A stretch of 24,000 nucleotides of DNA from Turicibacter sp. (lineage in GTDB: Bacteria > Bacillota_I > Bacilli_A > MOL361 > Turicibacteraceae): positions 1 to 24,000 of the forward strand of contig WRGF01000207.1 of NCBI GenBank assembly GCA_009787345.1, read 5' to 3'. The notes beneath the pieces were generated by a model. That model was given only the letters and a program-made list of their open reading frames with translations, had not been told where the DNA came from and did no database searches. This document shows positions 14,249-22,331 of the stretch, in pieces (within the stretch, counting starts at the first letter, position 1; each line of letters opens with the position of its first letter). The position numbers and the translations under genes were made by a program.

Positions 14249-15343
14249 TTAAAATGACAACAAGAAGACGATCAACGTGGAGGCGGCAATCAAGCCACCA
14301 TAGGTTGCCCATTGTTTTTTTTGCGGTTCTTTGTTCAGGGCCGACGTTTTTTCGTTGATGTAGGTGGTGAACATGTTCATGATGACTAGGCCGACCATGA
14401 CCCCTTCATGGAACAGTTCGGAATTGATGCGGATGGCCAACGTCAGCATCCCTAAAAGGATGGCGAAAACAATCTGCCCGGCTTTGTTTTTCGGGATGGT
14501 AACCGGGTCTGTCGCCATAAAGATGGCACCAAAGACCAAGCCGCCGCTTAGGACATGATACAGGGCGTAAGACCAGATGTATCCATGGAACAAGCCGATG
14601 ATGGCTGCCCCTACAAAGACCGTCCCCACATAAAATGCCGGCACTTCCCATTTCAGGGCTTTTTTATGGATCATGTACCCAAGGGCAATGAAAGAGGCAA
14701 TCCGGGTGGTCTCCGCCATGATGCCTGGGAAATTTCCAATCAAAAGATTCCATAACCCGCCAACCTGCTGTTGGATAAGGGCATAATTTTCTGCGGTGAA
14801 GCTCCAGCCTTCAAGGGCTTTCACACTTAAAGGCGTAGCAGCCGCAATGGCGTCCGTTGCCCCTGGAAGGGCTGGCATCAACAAGTACTGGTCAAATAAC
14901 ACACGGACTAAAAGGATGCTCACGGCAACCGGGTTCAGCTTGTTTTTACCAAAGCCGCCCCACATCAGCTTCCCAACTAGCTCGGCAATGACCGATGCGA
15001 TGATGATAATCAGGATGGGCGTGGCTATCTGCAACCGGATCCCAATGATAAGGGCCGTGATTTCCGGGACGCCCCGCTGGACTTTCTTCCAATTGGCAGA
15101 CACCCTAGCAGTGAACGTTTCAAAAACCTTGCCCTCTTTAGCATCCTCCACCATGTAAAAAATAATGTGGGTCAAATACGCTGTGGCGACGGCTACCAAA
15201 ATGTTGGCCAGCCCCCGCACGGCACCCATTAGGCCGAAGTTTGCGAATGTCGCCACGAGCCCCCAAGCAGCTACAAAAATCAATGCATTGCGGACCACCT
15301 GAAACATTGTCGACCGCTTCTTCTTCAACTTAAACCATTTCAT
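14249..15343 (-). CDS. RnfD/NqrB family (NQR2_RnfD_RnfE) integral membrane protein, solitary
   Basis: 364 aa. GGFGKNKLNPVAV matches GG.G.N.FNPA. DAIAAATPLS matches the D.IS.ATPL FMN-threonine region of RnfD. VLSGGLVFGAIFMATDPVT matches LLSG....GA.F..TDPVT. AAAGGGG lies 8 nt upstream of ATG 15343. Confidence 0.8.
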   Translation of the reverse strand: MKWFKLKKKRSTMFQVVRNALIFVAAWGLVATFANFGLMGAVRGLANILVAVATAYLTHIIFYMVEDAKEGKVFETFTARVSANWKKVQRGVPEITALIIGIRLQIATPILIIIIASVIAELVGKLMWGGFGKNKLNPVAVSILLVRVLFDQYLLMPALPGATDAIAAATPLSVKALEGWSFTAENYALIQQQVGGLWNLLIGNFPGIMAETTRIASFIALGYMIHKKALKWEVPAFYVGTVFVGAAIIGLFHGYIWSYALYHVLSGGLVFGAIFMATDPVTIPKNKAGQIVFAILLGMLTLAIRINSELFHEGVMVGLVIMNMFTTYINEKTSALNKEPQKKQWATYGGLIAASTLIVFLLSF

Positions 15344-15542
15344 TTTTCATACCCCTTTGCCTGCATTTTATTCATGATAATTCTCAACCCTTTAATCATA
15401 GCATAAAAATTCACAAAAGGGAAAAGATATGCACCTTTCTTACGAATTATATGCTATTTTTTTTAACCCCTTACATGGAAATGTGGATTTTTGGGGTATT
15501 CCAGCTGGCCAGGGCATAAAATGACAGTGAGGTGATCGATGG

Positions 15543-16484
15543 ATGGAACAGAATGTGAGAAGGGTCGTGTTGGTGGGAACGGGGCTCGTTGGTACGAGCT
15601 TTGCCTATTCTTTACTAAATCAGGGCGGCGTCAAGGAATTGGTGCTCATCAACCGGACGAGGGAAAAAGCGGTTGGGGAAGCCAGCGATTTAAGCCATGG
15701 GCTCCCTTTCTCACCCTACCGGATGAAAATCTGGGCGGGGGATTATTCAGATTGTCAAAGCGCCGACATCGTCCTCATTGCCGCCGGTTCGGGGCGGATG
15801 CCCGGCGGCGACCGGCTCAGCCTGCTTCAGAGAAACGCCGAAATGGTCAAAAACATCGTCAGGCAGGTGATGGACTCCGGGTTTGATGGCATCATCCTCA
15901 TGGCCAGCAACCCGGTCGACCTGCTCACCTACATCGCCTGGAAGGAGTCGGGGCTTCCTGCTTCACGGGTCATCGGCTCGGGGACCACCCTTGATACCGC
16001 CCGCTTCCGCTATGAAATCGGCAATTATCTGAACGTGGACCCCCGTGACATCAATGGCTACATCATTGGCGAGCACGGCGATTCCGAGTTTGCCGTTTGG
16101 AGCCATACGACCCTTGGGGTCACCCCAATCAGCGAGATCGTGGGCCGGCACCCTGAGTTTAAATTCAGTGATTTGGAGCAGATTTTCCAAAATGTCCGTC
16201 AGGCTGGTTATGAGATCATCAGCCAAAAAGGGGCGACCTACTACGGGATTGGCATGGCCCTGGCGAAGATTGTGCGGGCTATTTTAAACGACGAAAATAG
16301 CCTGCTGCCTGTCTCCGTTTATTTGAACGGACATTATGGGCACCACGATGTGTTCATCGGTTTTCCCGCTTTGCTCAATAAAAATGGCGTCCGCAAGGTG
16401 ATTGAAATGAACTTAAACGAAGAAGAACGGGCAAAGCTTGATGCTTCCGTCGGGGTGTTGAAATCGTACATAACAAAAATGTAA
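15543..16484 (+). CDS. ldh: L-lactate dehydrogenase
   Basis: Rossmann motif VVLVGTGLVGTSFAYSL, substrate-arginine region GSGTTLDTARFRY and catalytic-histidine motif IGEHGDSEF. 313 aa. GAGGTG lies 8 nt upstream. Confidence 0.9.
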   Translation: MEQNVRRVVLVGTGLVGTSFAYSLLNQGGVKELVLINRTREKAVGEASDLSHGLPFSPYRMKIWAGDYSDCQSADIVLIAAGSGRMPGGDRLSLLQRNAEMVKNIVRQVMDSGFDGIILMASNPVDLLTYIAWKESGLPASRVIGSGTTLDTARFRYEIGNYLNVDPRDINGYIIGEHGDSEFAVWSHTTLGVTPISEIVGRHPEFKFSDLEQIFQNVRQAGYEIISQKGATYYGIGMALAKIVRAILNDENSLLPVSVYLNGHYGHHDVFIGFPALLNKNGVRKVIEMNLNEEERAKLDASVGVLKSYITKM

Positions 16485-16534
16485 AGACGGATGATCATCC
16501 CAAAATCACAGGGATTATCAGCCGTCTTTATTTT
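16483..16534. terminator. Long imperfect hairpin terminator shared by ldh (+) and the pxp/acc operon (-)
   Basis: AAAGACGG..TGAT.ATCCC (from 16483) pairs with GGGAT.ATCA.CCGTCTTT (to 16529). On the plus strand ATTTT follows. On the minus strand ACATTTTTG follows. Confidence 0.75.
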
Positions 16535-16581
16535 AAACCCACTCTACGCGGATGATTGTCCAGCAAAATATTGACAAAAAA

Positions 16582-17355
16582 TTACCCGATAATCTCCGCC
16601 AATGGGGAGATTTTTATTCCCGCCCCTTGGAGGCCTTCCCTGATCTTTTCAATAAAAACCAAGGCTTTCTCACCATCGCCATGAACGCAGATGGAATCTG
16701 CCTGGATGGCGATGTCCTCCCCATTGACAGCCTTGACTTTCCTTTCGCTGACCATCCGCACGACCCTTGCCACCGCTTCTTCTTCATCATGGATGAAAGC
16801 ACCGGCTTTGCTTCTTGCCACTAACGACCCATCGGGCTCATAACTCCGGTCGGCAAAAACTTCCTGGGCAGCTTTAAGCCCTAAATCCTTTGCCGCACGG
16901 ATCGTTTCGCTACCGGAAAGCCCCATGACAATCAGCGACGGGTCGAATTCTTGGATAGCCTCACAGATGGCTCGTGATAACTCATAATCCTTGGCTGCCA
17001 TATTATACAGCGCCCCGTGGGGCTTGACATGCTGCATTTTGATACCTTTGGCCCGGCAAAAGCCATCCAGGGCCCCCAGTTGGTAAAGTACAGTGGCTTT
17101 CGCCTCTTCAAAGGAAAGGGACATATTGCGCCTGCCAAACCCTTGCAGGTCAGGGAAAGATGGATGGGCACCTATCCCAATCCCCGCTGCTTCGATCAAG
17201 CCCACGGTTTGCAGCATCACCACAGGATCGGCTGCATGAAACCCGCAGGCCACGTTGGCAGAGGAAATCAAAGGCATGGCCTGGGCATCCATTCCCAGCT
17301 GATAGCGCCCAAAGCTTTCACCAAGGTCGCAATTCAAATCCACCTTATTCGACAT
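16582..17355 (-). CDS. pxpA: 5-oxoprolinase subunit A (PxpA; LamB/YcsF family)
   Basis: The N-terminal VDLNCDLGESFG signature and GAHPSFPDLQGFGRR match the LamB/YcsF family. ATG 17355 lies behind AAGGAGG and overlaps the end of accC by 11 nt. Confidence 0.85.
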   Translation of the reverse strand: MSNKVDLNCDLGESFGRYQLGMDAQAMPLISSANVACGFHAADPVVMLQTVGLIEAAGIGIGAHPSFPDLQGFGRRNMSLSFEEAKATVLYQLGALDGFCRAKGIKMQHVKPHGALYNMAAKDYELSRAICEAIQEFDPSLIVMGLSGSETIRAAKDLGLKAAQEVFADRSYEPDGSLVARSKAGAFIHDEEEAVARVVRMVSERKVKAVNGEDIAIQADSICVHGDGEKALVFIEKIREGLQGAGIKISPLAEIIG

Positions 17356-18724
17356 CCTCACGCCTCCTTTCCAAATCAGAATCCATATTCAGCATTTTTT
17401 CCACAAAGCTGGTATCGGCTTTCCCAGCGACAAAGATGGGGTTGCGCATAATCTGGTATTGGAAATCCAAGTTGGTCTGAACGCCTAAAATCACCATTTC
17501 ATCCAAGGAAGTGCGCATCTTGCGGATAGCCTCCTTGCGGGTCGGTGCATGGACGAGGACCTTTGCCACCATGGAGTCGTATTCTGAAGGTATTTTATAA
17601 CCCGAATATAGCCCTGAATCAATTCGGATCCCGTTGCCCCCTGGAAAATGGACTTTTTCTACCAAACCTGGGCTTGGCATAAAATTTTTCTCCGGGATTT
17701 CTGCATTGATCCGGCACTCGATGCAATGCCCAACCATTTTAATGTCTTCTTGGTTGAAACTCAAAGGCCAGCCCATGGCGATGCGGATTTGTTCGATGAC
17801 CAAATCCGTCCCCGTCACCATTTCCGTCACGCCATGCTCCACTTGGATGCGGGTATTCATCTCCATGAAGTAGTAGTTCCCTTCCTGGTCCACGATGTAT
17901 TCGATCGTCCCGGCATTGGTATAACCCACGGCTTTGGCTGCCATTACTGAATCTGCGCTCATTTTTTGGCGCGTTTCCTCGGTAATGGCAGGGGACGGGG
18001 CTTCTTCAATCAGCTTTTGGTGGTTTCGCTGCACGGAGCAGTCCCGCTCCCCTAAAGAAACCACATTGCCATGATGATCCGCAATAATCTGGATCTCCAC
18101 ATGCTTGGGTTTTTCGATGAAGCGCTCGATATACATCGTATCGTCACCGAAGGCATTGGCGGATTCCGTCTGTGCCAAATTGAACTGCCCCTTGAAATCT
18201 GCTTCTTTCTTGGCAATCCGCATCCCTTTACCGCCTCCGCCGCTAGAGGCTTTGATAATGACGGGAAATCCGATTTTCTTGGCTTCCTTTAATGCCGCTT
18301 CTACAGCAAAGACCGGCTCTTTTGTTCCTGGGACAACGGGAACCCCTGCTGCCATCATCGTCTTCCTGGCTTCGGATTTATTTCCCATTTTATGGATGAC
18401 CTCAGGGGATGGCCCGATAAAAGCAATCCCATGCTCTTTGCATAAAGCAGCAAATTCCTCTTTTTCAGACAAGAACCCAAATCCGGGATGGATGGCATCA
18501 GCCCCCATGTTAAGGGCTGCCATAATTATCTGGGACTGGTTCAGATAGTTTTTGGTAATGGGCCCTTCTCCAATGCAAATCCTTTGGTCGGCCAGTTGGA
18601 CATGAAGGCTGTCTGCGTCTTCCTTGGCATAAATAGCTACGCTGCGGATCCCTAAATTGCGGCAAGCCCTGATGATCCTCACAGCAATTTCACCGCGGTT
18701 GGCGATTAAAATTTTTCGAAACAC
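17345..18724 (-). CDS. accC: Biotin carboxylase (AccC-type, ATP-grasp)
   Basis: It carries KILIANRGEIAVRIIRACR, the glycine loop SSGGGGKGMR and MEMNTRIQVEHGVTE. The start is GTG 18724 (VFRKILIANRG) with AGGGGTG 6 nt upstream. The 33-aa N-terminal extension in the ORF track overlaps accB and is not credible. Confidence 0.88.
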   Translation of the reverse strand: MFRKILIANRGEIAVRIIRACRNLGIRSVAIYAKEDADSLHVQLADQRICIGEGPITKNYLNQSQIIMAALNMGADAIHPGFGFLSEKEEFAALCKEHGIAFIGPSPEVIHKMGNKSEARKTMMAAGVPVVPGTKEPVFAVEAALKEAKKIGFPVIIKASSGGGGKGMRIAKKEADFKGQFNLAQTESANAFGDDTMYIERFIEKPKHVEIQIIADHHGNVVSLGERDCSVQRNHQKLIEEAPSPAITEETRQKMSADSVMAAKAVGYTNAGTIEYIVDQEGNYYFMEMNTRIQVEHGVTEMVTGTDLVIEQIRIAMGWPLSFNQEDIKMVGHCIECRINAEIPEKNFMPSPGLVEKVHFPGGNGIRIDSGLYSGYKIPSEYDSMVAKVLVHAPTRKEAIRKMRTSLDEMVILGVQTNLDFQYQIMRNPIFVAGKADTSFVEKMLNMDSDLERRREDVE

Positions 18725-18735
18725 AGGCTTCACCC

Positions 18736-19176
18736 CTAATCTATAATTGGCGTTACGCGAAACAAGGGTTGCCCGTATTCCACTTTTTGCTCGTTGCTGA
18801 CAAGGACCGCCTCGATCTTGCAATCAAAATCGCTTTCGATTTCGTTCAACAGTTTCATGGCTTCCAAAATACATACCTTCTGCCCAGCTTTTACCGTATC
18901 TCCAACGGTGACAAAAGGCTTTTCCTCTGGGGATGATGCCGAATAGAAAATCCCCACAATAGGGGAAATAATGTACATTTCCTCTTCTTCTGCTTCCAGT
19001 TCCTGGCTTTGGCTAACGGAAACTTTTACCGGTGGTTCTGCCCCTGCTGTCACAAAAGTCTCTGCGTTGGGCCGGCGGCTCATTTCGATTTTAACACCGC
19101 CCTCCTTGATGCAAAAATCCAGCATGGAAGAATTTTCTACGATTTTTACCAACTGCTCAATTTTATCTAAATCCAT
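18736..19176 (-). CDS. accB: Biotin carboxyl carrier protein (AccB-type)
   Basis: The C-terminal biotinyl domain SPIVGIFYSASSPEEKPFVTVGDTVKAGQKVCILEAMKLLNEIE carries the EAMK biotinylation motif. ATG 19176 lies behind GAAGGGAG. Confidence 0.85.
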   Translation of the reverse strand: MDLDKIEQLVKIVENSSMLDFCIKEGGVKIEMSRRPNAETFVTAGAEPPVKVSVSQSQELEAEEEEMYIISPIVGIFYSASSPEEKPFVTVGDTVKAGQKVCILEAMKLLNEIESDFDCKIEAVLVSNEQKVEYGQPLFRVTPIID

Positions 19177-19194
19177 TTGACCTGCTCCCTTCAT

Positions 19195-20199
19195 TTATCT
19201 CATCATCCTTTCCAAGCGCTTCGCCGTCAACCGGCAGTCCAGGACTTCACGGCATGGGTGATGGATCTGCCTTCTGTATTGATCCATTTCTTTGACTTCC
19301 TCACGCAAAAGTAGTTGGGCTTCTTCCACTGTGACTTCTTTGAACCGGACCTTATCCCCGGTTTTGCACTGCACCAATTTAGGCAAGTCCGCAGATATCA
19401 CCGTAGCGATTTTACCGTAACCGCCAGTTGTCTGCCGGTCGGCCAATAAGATAATCGGTTTTCCGTGGCTAGGGACTTGGATGGAGCCAAAAGCAATCCC
19501 ATCGGAAATAATATCACTGGTCGTTTTTGCGGCAATATAAGGGCCATCGAGGCGGCAGCCCATCCGGTCAAAATCACTGGTTACCGTATAGCTGCTTTTA
19601 TAAAATGTCTTCTTGCCCGCTGCTGTAAACAATTGGTCCTGAGGCCCTGGAACCACCCGAAGTTGGATTTCCTGCTCCTTGAATTCGTTGATTTGAAGCT
19701 TCCTTGAAAGGAAAAAGGGGATGTAGCGGCGCTTGACCCTAAAATATAGGTAATCATCTTTTTGCAGCTTGCGGCCATTAAAGCCCCCGACCCCGCTTTT
19801 TAAATTGGTGCTTCTGCTTCCCATGACCATTGGGATATCCAAATAGCTTGAAAAGGCTATATAGCCACGGGAGCCGGTTGCCGAACTGCCCAACTCCAAA
19901 ACATCCCCTTTGTTCACATAAATGGCTTGGTACATCGTAACCGGGGCTTCATTGATTTTGGGGCTGAAATCACCGCCAGTAATAGCAATAATCGTATCGG
20001 ACGTAAATTCCAGGGTGGGGCCGATGAGGGTAAATTCCAAAACTGCTTCATTTTCCGGATTATCCAGCAACAGGTTGGCTAATTTGAATGACCTGACATC
20101 CATCACCCCGGAAACGCCAAACCCCTGGCTTTGGAAACCGGTCCGCCCTAAATCCTGGACAGTGGTCAGCAAACCCGCTTTAATTACGCGAATCCCCAT
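19195..20199 (-). CDS. pxpC: 5-oxoprolinase subunit C (PxpC; KipA / allophanate hydrolase subunit 2 family)
   Basis: The N-terminus VIKAGLLTTVQDLGRTGFQSQGFGVSGVMD is the KipA-family signature. About 334 aa. ATG 20199 lies 1 nt after the pxpB stop codon, with its RBS AGAGGTG inside pxpB. Confidence 0.85.
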   Translation of the reverse strand: MGIRVIKAGLLTTVQDLGRTGFQSQGFGVSGVMDVRSFKLANLLLDNPENEAVLEFTLIGPTLEFTSDTIIAITGGDFSPKINEAPVTMYQAIYVNKGDVLELGSSATGSRGYIAFSSYLDIPMVMGSRSTNLKSGVGGFNGRKLQKDDYLYFRVKRRYIPFFLSRKLQINEFKEQEIQLRVVPGPQDQLFTAAGKKTFYKSSYTVTSDFDRMGCRLDGPYIAAKTTSDIISDGIAFGSIQVPSHGKPIILLADRQTTGGYGKIATVISADLPKLVQCKTGDKVRFKEVTVEEAQLLLREEVKEMDQYRRQIHHPCREVLDCRLTAKRLERMMR

Positions 20200-20200
20200 T

Positions 20201-20920
20201 TTACACCTCTTTTCTGCGGACCTGGCATTTATACCCCGCATCATTTTCTATTTTATCGAACATTTCCTTGGTTATTGGGACAAACTTGATATAGTCGCCG
20301 GCTTCAAATAAAATGGGCGGCTTTCGCAAAGCCTCATAGGTTTTCACCGGGGTCCGGCCAAGTAGCTGCCAGCCACCAGGCGACTCCAATGGGTAAATCC
20401 CCGTCTGGGCGCCGCCAATGCCGACGCTCCCCTGAGGGATCTTCAACCGGGGATCTTCAAGCCGTGGGACATGGATGCGCTCATCAAGCCCCCCTAAATA
20501 CGGGAACCCCGGCATAAAGCCAAGCATATAAATCAAGTATTCCGGCTCGCTGTGAATCTTGATGACCTCCTCAGCGCTAAGCCCGGAAAGCTTCGCAATG
20601 TTTTCCAGGTCAGGACCGCATTCCCCGTCATAACAGACAGGGATTTCAAATACCCGCCCCATAGCCCCAGCAGCTTGTGACGCAGTTTTAGAAAGTTCTT
20701 TCATTTTTTTGACGAGGGTAGCATAAGTTACCAGGCGCGGGTCATAGTTAATCAGTAACGAGCAAAATGCCGGGACCTGGTCGATGATGCCCGCTGTGGG
20801 CATGCTTTTCAAAGCCTTGGAAAATGCGGTAATCTTAGCATTGGTTTCTTCTGAAATATCATGCCCGAACTCCAATAAAACCGATGAATCCCCTACGGGG
20901 GAAAATTGAATGTCTGCCAT
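20201..20920 (-). CDS. pxpB: 5-oxoprolinase subunit B (PxpB; KipI / allophanate hydrolase subunit 1 family)
   Basis: 239 aa. The features FEIPVCYDGECGPDLENIA and PGFPYLGGLD are typical of the KipI family. ATG 20920 lies 2 nt after the transporter stop codon, with AGGAGG inside the upstream gene. Confidence 0.85.
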   Translation of the reverse strand: MADIQFSPVGDSSVLLEFGHDISEETNAKITAFSKALKSMPTAGIIDQVPAFCSLLINYDPRLVTYATLVKKMKELSKTASQAAGAMGRVFEIPVCYDGECGPDLENIAKLSGLSAEEVIKIHSEPEYLIYMLGFMPGFPYLGGLDERIHVPRLEDPRLKIPQGSVGIGGAQTGIYPLESPGGWQLLGRTPVKTYEALRKPPILFEAGDYIKFVPITKEMFDKIENDAGYKCQVRRKEV

Positions 20921-20922
20921 AG

Positions 20923-22128
20923 CTACCTCCTAATCAAATTCATTAAGCCGCCCAATGAGGTCACTCCCATATAAGCTGCGCCCACAGCCACTAAAATCCC
21001 CAAAACAAAGAGCACTGGCGGGTGGCGGTAATCGGCACCCATGATTTTTTTGTTTTGGGAGGCAATCAGGCAAACCCCTAGGGTAATCGGCAAAATCAAC
21101 CCATTGAGGGCACCCGCCAACACTAATAGCGTTGCGGGGCGGCCAATCGCTGCCATAATAACAGTGGATAAGGCGATGAAACCAATAATAAACCATTTTT
21201 CATAGCGTGCGACAAACCCGTTCAAAGTTTTAAGAAAGGAAACGGAAGTATAAGCTGCACCGATAATGGATGTCAGGGCTGCGGAAAATAGTACTAGCCC
21301 AAAGAAACGGTAACCGATTTGCCCTGCTGCTTGGGAAAATGCATCTGCTGCCGGGTTATCAGGGTTAAGCCCTGTGACAGACGTTAGGACCACCCCAAGG
21401 ACAGCCAAGAACAAAAAGGCACGGACAACAGTCGCCACAATAATCCCCATCACAGAACTTCGCCTGATTTGGGTAAGCTGTGACCAGCCGGTGATTTTGG
21501 CATCAATCAACCGGTGGGCACCTGAGAAGGTAATATAGCCCCCTACAGTTCCCCCAAGCAAAGTCAGGATCGGGAAAAATAAATCCGGAAGGTCATTGGA
21601 AGGCGCTACTGCTTCCCTTAAGGCATAGCCCATTGGCGGGCGGACCATAAAAATAACAACCAGCATCACGACGATCATCAAGCTCCCCAATGCCTTGGTC
21701 ACATTGTCCATAGCCTTCATGGCATCTTTCACTAAAAAGATAGCGATGGCCACAATCCCTGCCACGAAGAAACCAATGCCTTCCGGTACCCCAAGCATGC
21801 TATTAAGCCCCAGGGCACCGCCGCCCACATTTCCAATATTGAACGCAATCCCGCCCAAGATAATCAAAAAGGCGACAAAATGCCCAAGCCCTGGCAATAT
21901 TTTATTGGCGACATCTTGCCCCCTAAGCCCCGAAACGCAAAGGACCCGCCAAATATTGAGCTGAACAATACAAGCCAAAATGCTGGCGACTAAAATAACA
22001 AACCCAAAACTTCCTTGAAGAGTCCCCGTAAAAACTGCCGTTTGGGTCAAAAAACCTGGTCCTACTGCCGAAGCCGCCATAATAAAGGCCGCACTAAGAA
22101 GGGTTCCCCCCATTTTTTTCTTGGTCAT
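20923..22128 (-). CDS. NRAMP-superfamily membrane transporter (YcsG-like)
   Basis: About 401 aa with 11-12 TM segments. The N-terminus AASAVGPGFLTQTAVFTG resembles the NRAMP-related YcsG found next to pxp genes in B. subtilis. The start is ATG 22128 behind AAAGGAG. Confidence 0.75.
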   Translation of the reverse strand: MTKKKMGGTLLSAAFIMAASAVGPGFLTQTAVFTGTLQGSFGFVILVASILACIVQLNIWRVLCVSGLRGQDVANKILPGLGHFVAFLIILGGIAFNIGNVGGGALGLNSMLGVPEGIGFFVAGIVAIAIFLVKDAMKAMDNVTKALGSLMIVVMLVVIFMVRPPMGYALREAVAPSNDLPDLFFPILTLLGGTVGGYITFSGAHRLIDAKITGWSQLTQIRRSSVMGIIVATVVRAFLFLAVLGVVLTSVTGLNPDNPAADAFSQAAGQIGYRFFGLVLFSAALTSIIGAAYTSVSFLKTLNGFVARYEKWFIIGFIALSTVIMAAIGRPATLLVLAGALNGLILPITLGVCLIASQNKKIMGADYRHPPVLFVLGILVAVGAAYMGVTSLGGLMNLIRR

Positions 22129-22292
22129 ACTAATTTCTCCTTTCAAATTTCACTGGGCCTTGCGAAGGCTTTACAATAAAGCCTTTGGGTTAGCATTATC
22201 CTGCAAGAATTTCGCCACTATTCAATAGTTTCTCCAATCGTACCAATTTCTTCCACAAAAAGCAAGGAATTAACCCTTTTTTATCCAAATTC

Positions 22293-22324
22293 AAAAGGGG
22301 CTGCGGCAAACGGCCACACCCCCC
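22293..22324 (-). terminator. Rho-independent terminator of the xylanase gene
   Basis: The minus strand reads GGGGTGTGGCC-GTTT-GCCGCAGCCCC (imperfect stem, 22297-22324), followed by TTTT (22293-22296). It starts 8 nt after the stop codon at 22332-22334. Confidence 0.65.
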
Positions 22325-22331
22325 AAATCCA

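Noticed and set aside
15395-15416. Possible Rex operator upstream of ldh (TTCACAA half-site at 15410-15416)
   Set aside because: Only one half-site is present. The expected TTGTGAA partner 6 nt upstream reads CATAGCA. That is not enough to call a Rex box.
18725-18823. N-terminal extensions in the ORF track: accC to 18823, TauE to 915, metQ to 6981, MATE from 11711, spoIIP from 13215, pxpC to 20244, GNAT to 11332
   Set aside because: In each case an internal ATG or GTG has a proper AGGAGG-like RBS at 6-9 nt and matches the family N-terminus. The extension overlaps the upstream gene, a promoter or the RBS itself.
22186-22292. Promoter of the transporter-pxp-acc operon (TTGAAT ... GATAAT)
   Set aside because: The spacer would be 19 nt (18 nt with the -35 read as TGAATA) and there is no TG extension. 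This is too weak to annotate, so the true TSS is unknown.
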